A DNA stretch of 64,000 nt from an uncultured virus (IMG/VR IMGVR_UViG_3300033571_005398) (IMGVR_UViG_3300033571_005398:1-64000); one strand, 5' to 3'; positions 35,900-46,844 are shown, counted from the first letter of the stretch. Program-made: numbers and translations. The notes: generated from the sequence alone by a model not told the origin.

Positions 35900-36667
35900 C
35901 TAGGCAAGAGCCTCTTCAATGGCGTCCTTGTACTGGGCAGAAATCTCTGCAACATACTGTTGAATTTTTTCATTCTGCTTACGTTGAGCAGTGTGCGCAC
36001 CTACGTGCTGCTTGTAAATTACCTTGGGGATATGTGAAAAGTCAGTCACAAGGGCTGTACGTACAACCAGCTCATAGTCATCGGCAATCTCCAACTGCGG
36101 GTTGTGCCCGCCAAGTTCGCGGTAAACAGATGCGCGCCATGCACGGACGTGGTTGGGCGCGGACACGATGTGCCCTAAGGTAGTCGAGTTAATCTCCGCA
36201 ACACGGGAGCCCCACAGCTGTAGGTCGTCATCCCAATAGTGCTGCCCATAGCCAAAAGCCCAGCCGTCAGGGTATTTTCCAGATTGACCATCAGCAAGTA
36301 TTTCTGTCCAGTCAGAGTAGACAAACCCGATATTTTCTGCCTCAAACTCTTTGGCAATTAACTCAAGAGCATCGGGGGTCAATTCGTCGTCATGGTCAAG
36401 TTCAACAAGAATGTCGCCTTCCGCCACCATAAAGCCTCGGCGCTTGACTTCCCCGATAGAGCCGGAGTGGACGTGGGACCGATGCGCAGTTATCTTAAAG
36501 CGCTCATCAGAAGCGAAACCGTAAATCTGCGCCCATGTCTCTGGAACAGTAGAGTCATCCCAGATAACCCATTCCCAATCCTTATAGGTTTGAGACTTAA
36601 GCGATGCCCATGTGCGGGCAAGTACATCTGGCGGTGTGTTATATGTGGGTGTAATGACCGATATCAT
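35900..36667 (-). CDS. family 2 glycosyltransferase
   Basis: ISVITPTYN, WVIWDDS, ELDHDD, ADDYEL. Confidence 0.9.
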   Translation of the reverse strand: MISVITPTYNTPPDVLARTWASLKSQTYKDWEWVIWDDSTVPETWAQIYGFASDERFKITAHRSHVHSGSIGEVKRRGFMVAEGDILVELDHDDELTPDALELIAKEFEAENIGFVYSDWTEILADGQSGKYPDGWAFGYGQHYWDDDLQLWGSRVAEINSTTLGHIVSAPNHVRAWRASVYRELGGHNPQLEIADDYELVVRTALVTDFSHIPKVIYKQHVGAHTAQRKQNEKIQQYVAEISAQYKDAIEEALA

Positions 36668-36705
36668 AGTAAGACCAGCCTAGTGGGTTAGCTAAACTTT
36701 TTGCC

Positions 36706-36987
36706 TTACAAACCGATTACAGCGCGGACTTCTTCGGGGGTTAGACCAAGCATAGCTAGTTTTGCCATAGCAGAAGCGCGCTGCTCTTCAAGTTCTTGGG
36801 CGGCATCTTTGGCAGCCTGTTCTTCTGCGGCAATTTGCTCAGCGACAACGGGGAAAGCCTCGTCGACTTCTTCTGCGGTTGGCTTAGGTGAGTCATCTAG
36901 CCAAGTAAGGCCTTCATAAGAGTCCCCGTCCAATGTCCACTCAGCACCGGGGCGAATTCGGTTTAGGACGGTCTGAATGTCGACCAC
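36706..36987 (-). CDS. tail fibre assembly protein (XkdW-like)
   Basis: IRPGAEWTL.G...LTWLD..PKPT; SAMAKLAMLGLTPEEV. Confidence 0.6.
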   Translation of the reverse strand: MVDIQTVLNRIRPGAEWTLDGDSYEGLTWLDDSPKPTAEEVDEAFPVVAEQIAAEEQAAKDAAQELEEQRASAMAKLAMLGLTPEEVRAVIGL

Positions 36988-38933
36988 TATGCAACCTCCA
37001 TAACTGTAATTGTTGACGTTGACGGCAAGCCCGTGTTTTGGGAGTACGCGCCTACATAGCCGGTGGTTGAGGCACCGGTCAACATAGAAAGTTTGTAAGT
37101 AAGTGCGCTAGTTGACGCTGGTGAGTCAAGAAAAGTTAGTGCCATCCAATAACCTGTAAGACCGCCCTGAAAGGGACTTGAGTAATACGTTGAACCAGTT
37201 GCGCCGATACTGGTTGAACCACGAATGATGCGAAATGAGTTTGTAGTAGCTGTGTTGTTGGTGCTCTGTAGAAAATTCACCATAACGAGGATAGTGCTAC
37301 TTGTTGACTTTGGCGTGATGGTCACCGACATACCCGTCACATCTACAATAGACGTGGACGTTGTAGAAAAAACGGTCGTCTTTGCGGTGGAGAGAACTTG
37401 AATAACGGAGCCCGTGGGAAGGTTCGACCACTGAGTGTCATAGTTTGTCGCACTAACTTTTGTAAGAAATTGACCCGCAGTACCTCCTGCGGGTACTCCC
37501 ACTCCTTGAGGACCCTGTGAGCCTTGCGGACCCTGTGCACCTTGTGGTCCTTGTGTTCCTTGTGTTCCTTGAGACCCCTGCACCCCCTGTGTTCCTTGAG
37601 AACCCTGCACTCCTTGAGGACCCTGAGACCCCTGCGCCCCCTGCGGTCCAAGCTGAGTGTACATAACTTGTTGAGCAGTAAGTATGACTGAAGGAGTAGC
37701 AGGAGCCACATGAGGGGTTGTTTGAGCGGCTTTGTATTCCAGACGAGGATTCGTCGAATCCGCGGCCCACATAAGCTCAAGGTAATCACCAGCAGATAAA
37801 TCTAAGATGTAATTCCACGCGGCCATCGCATACGGCATTTGATTACTGAGGTTTACTGTTCCGGTTGTTTCTGGAATGTTTGTCCCATTAAGCCGTAGCC
37901 AGAAGTCAATACTAGGTGAGCCGTTTGAAGGCTCGTGTACTTGAGCAGAAAACTGTACGTTATACGTTCCAGAGTACGCAAACGTCACACGAGAAGACGA
38001 TGCTATAGAAACGCCGTTTGAGTCTGGGTCAGTTGTGTTTAGCGTAACCGCGTTTACGGCTGAAGAGCTGGCTGTTGTTTGAGTGCTTGTAGACCAAAAA
38101 CTGCCCCAATAACCAAGCGCACCACCAGCACCCGTAGAACCGGTCGAACCTTGTGGACCTTGCGTACCTTGAGGTCCAGTACTCCCCTGCGGTCCTTGAG
38201 GTCCGGCAACTGTAGATGCTGCTCCTTGACTTCCCTGCGGACCTTGCGTTCCTTGAGGTCCCTGAGGACCTTGTGAGCCTTGAGAGCCTTGTGCCCCCTG
38301 TGTTCCTTGGGGACCTTGAGAGCCAGTAGCACCCTGAGAACCTTGAACACCTTGAGGTCCTTGCGTACCCGTCGCACCTTGAGCACCTTGTGGGCCTTGC
38401 GTACCTTGAGGTCCTACAGTCCCCTGCGGTCCCTGTGAGCCCTGCGGTCCGGCTACCGTAGAGGCGGCTCCTTGGGCACCTTGTGCCCCCTGTGTGCCTT
38501 GGGTACCCTGCGGACCCTGTGCACCTTGAGCCCCCTGCGGACCCTGTGCACCTTGAGCCCCCGCTCCGGGAATCCAAGAGCTAGACGAAGCTTGGTAAAC
38601 AATGGTTTGCCCGTTAGTAACTCCAGCAGTGTTGACGTCTGTAAGGTCATTTAACGCAAGTTTTAACTTAGCCGTATCGGCAAATGTACCAACCCAGACA
38701 GGGAATGACGGGTCGCCCCCCTCAAACTGTACCCAGACACCTTGGCCAATTTCTGGCGGGTCTACCTGAACTCCATGGGCTTGTTGAACCCAAGCCCAGT
38801 CAGTAGTGGCGTCAAACAGGACCTGCGGAACCCGTACCTTGACCCTGTTTTGGCTTAATGGGTCGGCATTTTCAACTACTACGCCTCGGTAAAGGCCGTA
38901 GAACCTGCGGTTCCCATAACTGTCTACCTGCAT
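36987..38933 (-). CDS. baseplate spike (gp5/VgrG-type OB fold) fused to collagen-like fibre
   Basis: [20 protein letters not shown]...WA...[21 protein letters not shown], then G-X-Q repeats. Confidence 0.8.
   Translation of the reverse strand: MQVDSYGNRRFYGLYRGVVVENADPLSQNRVKVRVPQVLFDATTDWAWVQQAHGVQVDPPEIGQGVWVQFEGGDPSFPVWVGTFADTAKLKLALNDLTDVNTAGVTNGQTIVYQASSSSWIPGAGAQGAQGPQGAQGAQGPQGTQGTQGAQGAQGAASTVAGPQGSQGPQGTVGPQGTQGPQGAQGATGTQGPQGVQGSQGATGSQGPQGTQGAQGSQGSQGPQGPQGTQGPQGSQGAASTVAGPQGPQGSTGPQGTQGPQGSTGSTGAGGALGYWGSFWSTSTQTTASSSAVNAVTLNTTDPDSNGVSIASSSRVTFAYSGTYNVQFSAQVHEPSNGSPSIDFWLRLNGTNIPETTGTVNLSNQMPYAMAAWNYILDLSAGDYLELMWAADSTNPRLEYKAAQTTPHVAPATPSVILTAQQVMYTQLGPQGAQGSQGPQGVQGSQGTQGVQGSQGTQGTQGPQGAQGPQGSQGPQGVGVPAGGTAGQFLTKVSATNYDTQWSNLPTGSVIQVLSTAKTTVFSTTSTSIVDVTGMSVTITPKSTSSTILVMVNFLQSTNNTATTNSFRIIRGSTSIGATGSTYYSSPFQGGLTGYWMALTFLDSPASTSALTYKLSMLTGASTTGYVGAYSQNTGLPSTSTITVMEVA
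37500..37648 (-). repeat. collagen G-X-Q repeat block 2
   Basis: 9-bp periodic [15 protein letters not shown]. Confidence 0.9.
38125..38570 (-). repeat. collagen G-X-Q repeat block 1
   Basis: 9-bp periodic repeats interrupted twice by ASTVA. Confidence 0.9.
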
Positions 38934-38942
38934 AAGAACCTA

Positions 38943-40850
38943 CTAGAGGGTAACAACGACTGTGTAAGTAGTCGTAGACGACCCGTCCGCGGAAACGCTG
39001 GTAACTACAAGGTTGTACGTTGCCCCAGACACCGCTACCGGCCGCGTTGCTCCCGAACTAGTGAGGACGTTGCCGACCGCAATGCTGGAGTTGAAACCGC
39101 TTGTTGGCGTTACCAGCAAGGTGGTCGCACCCGTTGCAGTTGCGGTGTAGCTGGTGGTTGTTCCGCTAAACGAGGGGCTCAGAGTAATTGCGGTTGTTCC
39201 GTTAAAGATTGTCAATCCAGACAACGTAGAAACGGGGCTCGCAACGTTAAAGGTAACCTTTGCTGCGTCAGCTCCCCGCAGCACAAAGATTTCATTTACG
39301 GCTCCAGTTAGAGTGGCTGGGATTTCTGCCCCACCAGTACGGTAAAGCTTGTTTACTTTAACGGTCTCTACTCCGGGGACATACTGCAAAAATAGTTCTA
39401 TGTTTTGAGGAGACAACGCCATGTTGAACTCCATTTGATTGTATGAATAATACGTATTTAAGAACTGGCGCATAGAAAGCTCCACCTGACTACCGTCAAA
39501 TCCGGGCGCCAATTTGTACACTACGTTTAAATACACATCAGTGTACAGCGGGGGTGAGACGGTAACGTTTGCACCAATGAGCTTCTTTGTTTCCAGCTCG
39601 TTCTGTACAGCAGTCTGTAGCGTTGTCCATGCAGGGGTTACTGCGGTATTTGTCGAGTTTTTTCCGGGATAAACATCGGTCAGCGAAACCAACGTGCCAT
39701 CGCGGCGAGGAGCAATGTACACGGTTACGTTGTTCCAGATGCTGGCGGAACTATTGGATTTTCCAACGCCATCAACTTGAAGCGCTAGGCCGTTGTAGTC
39801 TTCTAATGTAATTGCTCGGTTTGTGCTGGAGTACGCTTGCGGAGCCGCTTGCCTAACTGACTCTAGAGATTCGGGCTCAACTCCGCCCGTAGCGATTGTA
39901 TTAGAAATTTGTAGAGCTGCTCTTACAGCGTTAAGCTGTGTGCTGTTAAAGCCGGGAATGTACTCAAATTCTTTAAGCGTGTTTTCTCCAACATTACCCA
40001 AAGAACCGCCACCAACAACATACTGCGCCTTTATTGCTGCGTACGTATTAGGGATAGCTCCTGATACACCGTCTCCAAATTGGACATACGTGTTTCCCGC
40101 TCCATCAGTAGCCGTTTGATACACGGAGTCAACCGGGCCGTAGTCTGCAAGGTGGAGCGTCTGCTCCCACTCACCGTACGAGTCACCCACCTGAACAAAT
40201 ATCTTAATACTTCCATCGACAACTTGGTTCTCTGCAAGTTTAAAGACTTGGTTGGCTGTTCCGTCCGAAGTGCCGAGTATTTCTCCGGCAACATCTTGCG
40301 CATTAGCCGCGGGGTAAACTGACGTTACGTTATACCCGTGTTGTGCGGTAACTGACACGGTTGCCGGTACAGGGCTCCCAGTAAGTATGGCTGGTTGGGT
40401 GGTGGTAAACCTAATCTGCCGGATGACGTCTCCGTCAGTCACTGAGCCAACTACTTGCGTACCAACAGGAAGGGTAGAAAGTCCAGAAGTAAGTGTCGCG
40501 TTGCTAAACGTCAGCGTAGTAGTCGCTGCGCGATAACCCCCGGGAGTGTACCCGTATGACTTGGCAAGGTTGAACACGCTGTCGCGCTGTGTTGCTGTTC
40601 TTAGTAGCGTTTCGTTAGCAATTCTATCGACATAGTAGTTCATTACGTCGCCCATGTACGCAAAGGCCTCAATCAGAGCTACCCCAAAGTCAGAGGTGTC
40701 ATTTCCGTACCATTTGGAGTCATTTCCCGTATTTATGCGGTCTTTTACCTGCGCAATAAGGGCCTCCCTAAGGGAGTAAAAGTCTCTGTTTGTGTAATCA
40801 ATAGAAAGGGGAACTGGGTTTGTCCCCGTAGTTGTTGGGTCAGTAGTCAT
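38943..40850 (-). CDS. baseplate wedge protein (gpJ/gp6-like)
   Basis: IDYTNRDF..LR...DFGVALIE..AY.GD..YYVDR.ANE..L.TA; RAITLEDY. Confidence 0.9.
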   Translation of the reverse strand: MTTDPTTTGTNPVPLSIDYTNRDFYSLREALIAQVKDRINTGNDSKWYGNDTSDFGVALIEAFAYMGDVMNYYVDRIANETLLRTATQRDSVFNLAKSYGYTPGGYRAATTTLTFSNATLTSGLSTLPVGTQVVGSVTDGDVIRQIRFTTTQPAILTGSPVPATVSVTAQHGYNVTSVYPAANAQDVAGEILGTSDGTANQVFKLAENQVVDGSIKIFVQVGDSYGEWEQTLHLADYGPVDSVYQTATDGAGNTYVQFGDGVSGAIPNTYAAIKAQYVVGGGSLGNVGENTLKEFEYIPGFNSTQLNAVRAALQISNTIATGGVEPESLESVRQAAPQAYSSTNRAITLEDYNGLALQVDGVGKSNSSASIWNNVTVYIAPRRDGTLVSLTDVYPGKNSTNTAVTPAWTTLQTAVQNELETKKLIGANVTVSPPLYTDVYLNVVYKLAPGFDGSQVELSMRQFLNTYYSYNQMEFNMALSPQNIELFLQYVPGVETVKVNKLYRTGGAEIPATLTGAVNEIFVLRGADAAKVTFNVASPVSTLSGLTIFNGTTAITLSPSFSGTTTSYTATATGATTLLVTPTSGFNSSIAVGNVLTSSGATRPVAVSGATYNLVVTSVSADGSSTTTYTVVVTL

Positions 40851-41266
40851 CGGCTTGCCTCAGTTAGTAGTGTGTTTTTAGAAATGGTTGCAATGCCAAC
40901 TTCGGTTGACACGCCGTCTTGATTGGGAAGTGTGTACTCAATCTCAGCAGAAACAATGTTTGTGTAAGGGTCAACCTCAGTGGTTATGTTTGTCCACGTT
41001 AGGGTTGGAAATGCAATATTGAACATAGACGACACCTCCTCCATGATGGTTTCCTCCATGACAGAGGCGGTGTCCCACTCGGACAAGGGAATGTTAGTAC
41101 CAAAATCGGAGTGCATTACACGCTCTCCAATGGCAGTCCCAATTGCTCCGCGTACCCTGTCTCCCCAAATTTCTGTTTGTTCTGTGGTGGTTTTTACTGC
41201 ACCGTTTGCTCCAAAAGAAAAGGGCAACTTAATAGCCGTTTCTGAGATTTTGTTCGGGGCGGTCAT
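40847..41266 (-). CDS. baseplate wedge gp25-like protein
   Basis: IKLPF...GERVMHSDFGT. Confidence 0.85.
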   Translation of the reverse strand: MTAPNKISETAIKLPFSFGANGAVKTTTEQTEIWGDRVRGAIGTAIGERVMHSDFGTNIPLSEWDTASVMEETIMEEVSSMFNIAFPTLTWTNITTEVDPYTNIVSAEIEYTLPNQDGVSTEVGIATISKNTLLTEASR

Positions 41267-42558
41267 GTCGTGGCCTTCCATCGAGTGGGTGTTTGGTTAA
41301 ACCCTTGTTGAGAGCTAACCGTTGGCGGTACCGTTTGAATTAACCTTGTTGTTATGTTTTGCGCAGATTGTGCAAGAGAGCTTGGTCGAGAAACTAGTTC
41401 TGGAATATTCAAAATACTAGTAAATAGATTTTGAGTTCCACGAAATGCTGTTTTTTCATTTTGCCCAGTACCGTCTGTGACTACAGTCATAGTGATGTTG
41501 TAGTCTCCAAACTTTTGAAAAATATGGGTAACGTCTTTTACGAGCCAATACCCGTCCGTCTTCTCTCCGGTGCCAAGTATTTGCACTGTACCGTACGGAT
41601 GTATCCGAGGGTCTCCTTGACATTTTACCTTGGCTGGGAGTTTAAAGCGACCCATTTGCGCGGCGCCTTTAGACATTTGTACGGAGTCTGTATAGCTGGA
41701 AACAACTTGGTCTGTACGATACTCAGAAAACAAAACGTCATTAGCGGTAGTTCGTAGGCTATCTCCCACGTCTTTTGGCGATGCGGTCGATGTGTTGGCC
41801 CGTCCTGTTAAAGGGTCCACCCCACCAACTGTTTTTTCAGAACGTCGAGTTACCCCTTGCTCAATTAAGTCGCCTTTAATAACTTCAAAGGAATCCAACG
41901 TACGGTCGTGTAGCTGGCCTCGATATTGGCTTGGCGTATTTCCTGCATAGAGAAGAGGAACTTGGGTAATTTTTTGATTAATATACGAATCTAAATCTCT
42001 AAAGTACAACGTGGTGTTGTGCATGACCACGGCAAACCCAATTCTTTTTGCCTGCTCTTGAATCCATTCCCAATAAGAATGCCCCGCCATTGTTAGCTGC
42101 GGAAACCTTCGAGGATGTTGGTCACCAACAAAGGCTAACCCGTGTTGTTTAGCAATAGTTTCGACAGCTTCGGGAATAGTTGAATCAGAAAAAACTCTAT
42201 TTGCACGTTCTTTTAGGGGGAAGGATGCCCCAATACACTGAACTTCCATGGTCTGCTCACGTTGAGATTGCGCAACAAGCTTGGATACTGAAGAAACATA
42301 GCCATACCATGTGGCGCTATTATTTTCTTGCGCCCATGAAAATTGAACAGGAAGACCAGTCGGTATTTCGTCAAACCATACTTTGCCTGTGATAGGGAAG
42401 CTGATTATCAAAATGTCGTGGTGGTTCTGTACTTGCCGAAGCTCTACTTTGCGGGGGGTTCGCTTTAACGAAGGCATCGTGGGGAACGACAACTTAAAGC
42501 TTGTATTTCTACGAGCTTTAAACGCCGGGTTATTCCGGTGAGCAGGGTCATTCAACAC
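41263..42558 (-). CDS. baseplate hub (gp27/gpD-like)
   Basis: WYGYV...IAKQHGL...SYWEWI..AKRIG...GDPRI...GYWLVKDVTH. Confidence 0.8.
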   Translation of the reverse strand: MLNDPAHRNNPAFKARRNTSFKLSFPTMPSLKRTPRKVELRQVQNHHDILIISFPITGKVWFDEIPTGLPVQFSWAQENNSATWYGYVSSVSKLVAQSQREQTMEVQCIGASFPLKERANRVFSDSTIPEAVETIAKQHGLAFVGDQHPRRFPQLTMAGHSYWEWIQEQAKRIGFAVVMHNTTLYFRDLDSYINQKITQVPLLYAGNTPSQYRGQLHDRTLDSFEVIKGDLIEQGVTRRSEKTVGGVDPLTGRANTSTASPKDVGDSLRTTANDVLFSEYRTDQVVSSYTDSVQMSKGAAQMGRFKLPAKVKCQGDPRIHPYGTVQILGTGEKTDGYWLVKDVTHIFQKFGDYNITMTVVTDGTGQNEKTAFRGTQNLFTSILNIPELVSRPSSLAQSAQNITTRLIQTVPPTVSSQQGFNQTPTRWKATT

Positions 42559-42826
42559 TAGGAATCCTCAAAACTGTTCCAACAGGAATATCGAATGGGT
42601 TAAGAATCTCGGGGTTGTAGTCCATAACTTTCCACCATGCACCTGCTGTATTGAGAAATTTTTTGCATACTAAATCAATTCGGTCAGACTCTTGCCAAAC
42701 GTATAGAAAGTATTGGGCTTTACCTGAGGGGAAGTTTCTAAATACGGTGACGTCGTAGTCCTGTTTTCTTTGGTTAAACGCCTTAAACAGAACTCCCGTA
42801 GCATACCTGCTGTCTGTAAATATCAT
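42548..42826 (-). CDS. LysM/gpX-like baseplate protein
   Basis: DRIDLV..KF...WWKVMDYNPEI..P..IPVGTVLRIP. Confidence 0.8.
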   Translation of the reverse strand: MIFTDSRYATGVLFKAFNQRKQDYDVTVFRNFPSGKAQYFLYVWQESDRIDLVCKKFLNTAGAWWKVMDYNPEILNPFDIPVGTVLRIPSVE

Positions 42827-42832
42827 AGTTAT

Positions 42833-43981
42833 CTAAATTCCTGCATAGTCTGGAATACGGTTAAAGTTTAGGCTAAGTGTAGAAAACACAGGAACCATCT
42901 TTTCATTGAAAATAACGTGCTTTACACTAAAAGCATTAATATACCCAAGATACTTTAGTCCTTTTCCAAGATTTAGAGTCACTGGTCGGCCACTGAGCCA
43001 ACCAACATCTGCCGTTCGGCCGCGGTACTTGGTTTCTATTTTGTAGCCAATAACCGTAGAAAGCAGAAACTCTACATCGTACATTGTGCCTTTTTTATAT
43101 ATTTCAAGTTGTTCAGTAGGGCTGGGAAATCTGGGCGCATACAAATTGTTGCGGTCGGGTACACTCGCTTTAATTCTTCCTTTTTCGTCGTAATACTTCA
43201 TGTCCGCTACACGATTCAACACAATGTCTAGCGCAAGCGTACTCTGGCTGACTTGCGCACCAATAAGGTTAAACTTTTCTTGACCAGACATCTCCAAAGC
43301 AGCGTCTGTGTTTGGCGCGCCAGAGTACACCATGTCAATGCTGGTTGGGTTGTAGTGAAATTGAAATCCGTACTTTTCCCACTCTTTAGGCGAATATGGG
43401 CTTCCCTCAACGGGCGTCACGGCGTCTAGCCCCATGCCCGTATCCTTGGGCATAAACAGGGTAATCATTCCTTTATTGGTCCCTGCTCTTGACCAGAGTT
43501 CTTCAGAAGAAGCTATTGTCACTGGGCTGTCTTTAATCGAACCCTTAGCGTTGGGAGTCAATGCTTGATGAAAAGACTGTCGTTTACTGAAGTACGCATC
43601 CCGTACACACCCAATATTGTACGAAAACTTCTTGTCGTCGTAGTTCAAAACAACGGGTGCGGGGGCCGGAGCCGAGTCACCACCACCACCACCACCCGCG
43701 GCGGCAACCCGCTGGTTATACAGCTCGGTCAACGCTGGTCCGGCGGCGTTCAAGGCCGCGCCAGCAGCGTTCCACTTTTTCTTCCAAGCCTCAATGTCGG
43801 CTCCGGTCCCGGCGACGCCGATGCCGTTAAAGTACGTGCCGCCTCGACCAACGGCGGTTCCGTCGGGGCGAAACCCTGTGCCTTTAGCGGGGTCGTATTT
43901 GGGCGGCGGCGGTTTGCCCGTATTCATTCGATAATTGACGAATGTCAGTCTTGGGTTTTCCCACGGTTTTAAAAATACCAT
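42833..43981 (-). CDS. tail tube initiator/baseplate protein
   Basis: FQFHYNPTSI...Y.GYI..FSVKH..FNEKMVP; position after tape measure. Confidence 0.65.
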   Translation of the reverse strand: MVFLKPWENPRLTFVNYRMNTGKPPPPKYDPAKGTGFRPDGTAVGRGGTYFNGIGVAGTGADIEAWKKKWNAAGAALNAAGPALTELYNQRVAAAGGGGGGDSAPAPAPVVLNYDDKKFSYNIGCVRDAYFSKRQSFHQALTPNAKGSIKDSPVTIASSEELWSRAGTNKGMITLFMPKDTGMGLDAVTPVEGSPYSPKEWEKYGFQFHYNPTSIDMVYSGAPNTDAALEMSGQEKFNLIGAQVSQSTLALDIVLNRVADMKYYDEKGRIKASVPDRNNLYAPRFPSPTEQLEIYKKGTMYDVEFLLSTVIGYKIETKYRGRTADVGWLSGRPVTLNLGKGLKYLGYINAFSVKHVIFNEKMVPVFSTLSLNFNRIPDYAGI

Positions 43982-46683
43982 TATGAACTTCCCATCTGAC
44001 TAAACATGTCATCTTGGTCAATGTATTCTTTAACCATCTTTGCCAATCGTTTGGCCTCTGCTTCAGAGGCTTGTTGAACAGTAACGTTAATTGTGACGTT
44101 GTTCCCGCCGCTTCCGCCAAGCTTTCCGCTTTGGAGAGCTTTGCGCCATGTGTCTGCCTGTTGTGAGGTAAGGATGGCCTCACCAGCGTGCACGTTGACG
44201 GGGCCGTCTTGGGCGACATAAGAGTCTCCCTGCTTGGCTCGAGGTGCTCCGGGCAGGTAGATTCCCATGCGGTTGTTGCTCACAAGGTTTTGCTGACTAT
44301 TTCCTACCATGAGGTTGTTGCCACCAGCCGAGCCACCGGGAGCAGCGCCTCTTGCCATTCCACCATTAGCGCCAGATATTCCGCCGACTCGTTCAGCACC
44401 CACCTTGGCTCGAGAGTCAATCAGCGAGTTTAAGTCCTTGGCTACTGCGCCTCCACCGGAAACAAACCCCTTGCTGCCCTCAGCGCCACTCATGCTACTT
44501 GGAGCACCGCCACTAATAACCTTCAAGGGGTCAATCTTTGCGCCCTTTTCGTCGTGCATACCAAAGTGAAGGTGTGCGCCTGTAGACACTCCAGTGTTTC
44601 CTACGTAACCTATCAACTGGCCTTGACGAACTTTTGCGCCTACACCAATAGCAAAGCGGGACTGGTGAGCATAAAAGGTGATGTAACCATTGGGGTGTTT
44701 AATCTCAATGTACTTACCGTATGCGCCCTTGTCCCCCGCGACAGTTACAACACCCTCGGCTGACGCACCGATGGCCGCGCCCTCAGCAGCGCCAATGTCA
44801 ATTCCATCGTGGAAACTGCTAGCCCCCGGAGCCGGAGGAGTCCTCGGCCCAAACCCGCTAGAGATGTTGCCATTAACAGGCATAATAAAGCTCAGCTTGT
44901 TTCCAGCACCACTGCCTGTGGGTTGACTGCCACTAATGGTGCTGTTAGTTCCACCTGTACCAAACATGCCGCCGATTGTACCGCCGAGCCAGCTACCTAC
45001 GTAGCTGCCTGCCATACCACCAAGAACAGTACCCACAGGACCAAGAAACGTGCCGAGCGCACCGCCGAGTACTGCACCGGCAGTTCCGCCGATAGTTGAG
45101 CCCATATCAGTGCTGAACTGCTTGGTTCCCCAGCCGTGTCCGTTTGCGATGTCGTCAGCAAGCGTCAAGCCTCCAATGACAGCGCCAGCAATTCCCATGC
45201 CCTTACCGAGCTGGCCCGCTGTTTTAAGGACTTGACGACCCGCTCCAAGTTTAGGCGCACCATCTTTAGGTGTTTGGTCGGCCGGAGCCAAGTACTTAGA
45301 GTTACTAGCTCCGGTACGCGGGTCAGCGGCAAACTGGCCGGTTTTATCGTTTCGAAATCTACCGGGGCTTACCTCGGTGTAACCCGGAGGAAGCTTGTTG
45401 CTGCCACGTCGGCCTCCACCCCCACCGCCACCACCGCGGCGGCCACCGCCACCGCCACCGAATCCGCCGCCCATAGCGGTACCAACAGCTGTGGATAGAA
45501 CATCACCGCCTGCGCTAAGCATGGCCATTTTTCCAAAGACATCTCCTGCGCCAGCTTGGTTGCCCTGCATAAAGGATAGTGTGGCTTTTGCAAGGCCCTC
45601 AACCCCCGCAGCAGCTTCACCGGCTGTCTTGCTAAGACTTTCTAAATGCGGAAGGATGTCTTGAATTGCTTTGGTGTAGTTTTCTTGGGCAACAGCCATT
45701 GCTTGTGTATCATACGTATTGCTTTTGTAGCCCATAGTTGCGGGGTTTAACCCAGAAGTTTTGGCCAAATCAGCCATAGCCGCATCGTCAGACAAGTCCA
45801 TGGTTTTGCCCTGAGCCTTGGCAATCATGAACTGTTTGAACATTTGCTGTTGGTCATCCGACAGGCCCATGCCTGACAAAGATGCCCCAAGGTTTCCTCT
45901 GCGGAATGAGTCGTTTACATCTTCTACAGAGAAGGCGCCCCTACCAGCAGTAAGTCGGTTTGAAATCTCATTAAAGATTTGCGCCTGACCCTTTTCTTTA
46001 CCAGTAGATACATCTGATGTATAAATACCAAGGTTATTAAGCAAAGACCTAGATGTAGCGCCACTGGTAAGGCCTTCAATGGCCGCCATTGAACGTTCGT
46101 TGCTCATGTTCAAGTACTTGGCCGAGTTGCTAACTCCGCGAACAGTTTGCATATACGTCGAGTTAGGGTTGGCATTGTAGTTCATGCCTCGAGAACCAAG
46201 GAACTCTGAAACCATGGCGTCATTGCCTTTGGCAGTCAACCCGCCTGACATTGCAGAAAGGGTTGAGGACTGCATGCCTCGCATTCCACTTCCGCCAATG
46301 CCCATTGAAATACCGGCATTATAGGACGAGGTGGCCCTGTTCATGGTTGCCTGAACGTCAGGCATTCCCATAAACCGTCCTTGGTAAACTCCTACACCTG
46401 CGGCAATACCGGCTGAGAGTAGCCCCGGGAGGAGGCTTCCCATGCCGCCCATGCCGCCCATTCCAGAACCCCCGGAAGGCGGAGCGATGTTCGCAAAAGT
46501 GCCCCCGGGCATCATGGGCCCAGTGGAGCCTCCTCCGCCACCAATTTTTCCGCTACCGCCCATAGCCTTGTAGACAGCTTGAGCAAGCTCTTCATACTCT
46601 TTGACAAGCTTTTCTACCTTGACTGTCTGCTTGTCAATGGCCGCACTGGCCTTATTTAGCCCGTTAGTGACCTCATCCGCCAT
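43981..46683 (-). CDS. tape measure protein with M23 peptidase domain
   Basis: helical, Gly-rich; HDGID and GAHLHF M23 motifs. Confidence 0.85.
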   Translation of the reverse strand: MADEVTNGLNKASAAIDKQTVKVEKLVKEYEELAQAVYKAMGGSGKIGGGGGSTGPMMPGGTFANIAPPSGGSGMGGMGGMGSLLPGLLSAGIAAGVGVYQGRFMGMPDVQATMNRATSSYNAGISMGIGGSGMRGMQSSTLSAMSGGLTAKGNDAMVSEFLGSRGMNYNANPNSTYMQTVRGVSNSAKYLNMSNERSMAAIEGLTSGATSRSLLNNLGIYTSDVSTGKEKGQAQIFNEISNRLTAGRGAFSVEDVNDSFRRGNLGASLSGMGLSDDQQQMFKQFMIAKAQGKTMDLSDDAAMADLAKTSGLNPATMGYKSNTYDTQAMAVAQENYTKAIQDILPHLESLSKTAGEAAAGVEGLAKATLSFMQGNQAGAGDVFGKMAMLSAGGDVLSTAVGTAMGGGFGGGGGGRRGGGGGGGGRRGSNKLPPGYTEVSPGRFRNDKTGQFAADPRTGASNSKYLAPADQTPKDGAPKLGAGRQVLKTAGQLGKGMGIAGAVIGGLTLADDIANGHGWGTKQFSTDMGSTIGGTAGAVLGGALGTFLGPVGTVLGGMAGSYVGSWLGGTIGGMFGTGGTNSTISGSQPTGSGAGNKLSFIMPVNGNISSGFGPRTPPAPGASSFHDGIDIGAAEGAAIGASAEGVVTVAGDKGAYGKYIEIKHPNGYITFYAHQSRFAIGVGAKVRQGQLIGYVGNTGVSTGAHLHFGMHDEKGAKIDPLKVISGGAPSSMSGAEGSKGFVSGGGAVAKDLNSLIDSRAKVGAERVGGISGANGGMARGAAPGGSAGGNNLMVGNSQQNLVSNNRMGIYLPGAPRAKQGDSYVAQDGPVNVHAGEAILTSQQADTWRKALQSGKLGGSGGNNVTINVTVQQASEAEAKRLAKMVKEYIDQDDMFSQMGSS

Positions 46684-46697
46684 GTGCGTACTTATCC

Positions 46698-46844
46698 TTA
46701 ACTATGTTTGGCAATGTCTAACCACGTTTTACGTTCGCGGAATGACAGGTTCTGAATTTCTGTGAGAGTCCACCCGGTAAAGGCCCGAGTAAGGGCTACC
46801 CATTCCGTAAGTATTTCTCCGTAAGACTTATTACGAGAGCTGAA
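46698..46844 (-). CDS. frameshift-only C-terminal extension of tail assembly chaperone
   Basis: FSSRNKSYGEILTEWVALTRAFTGWTLTEIQNLSFRERKTWLDIAKHS; no start codon in frame. Confidence 0.65.
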   Translation of the reverse strand, partial: FSSRNKSYGEILTEWVALTRAFTGWTLTEIQNLSFRERKTWLDIAKHS

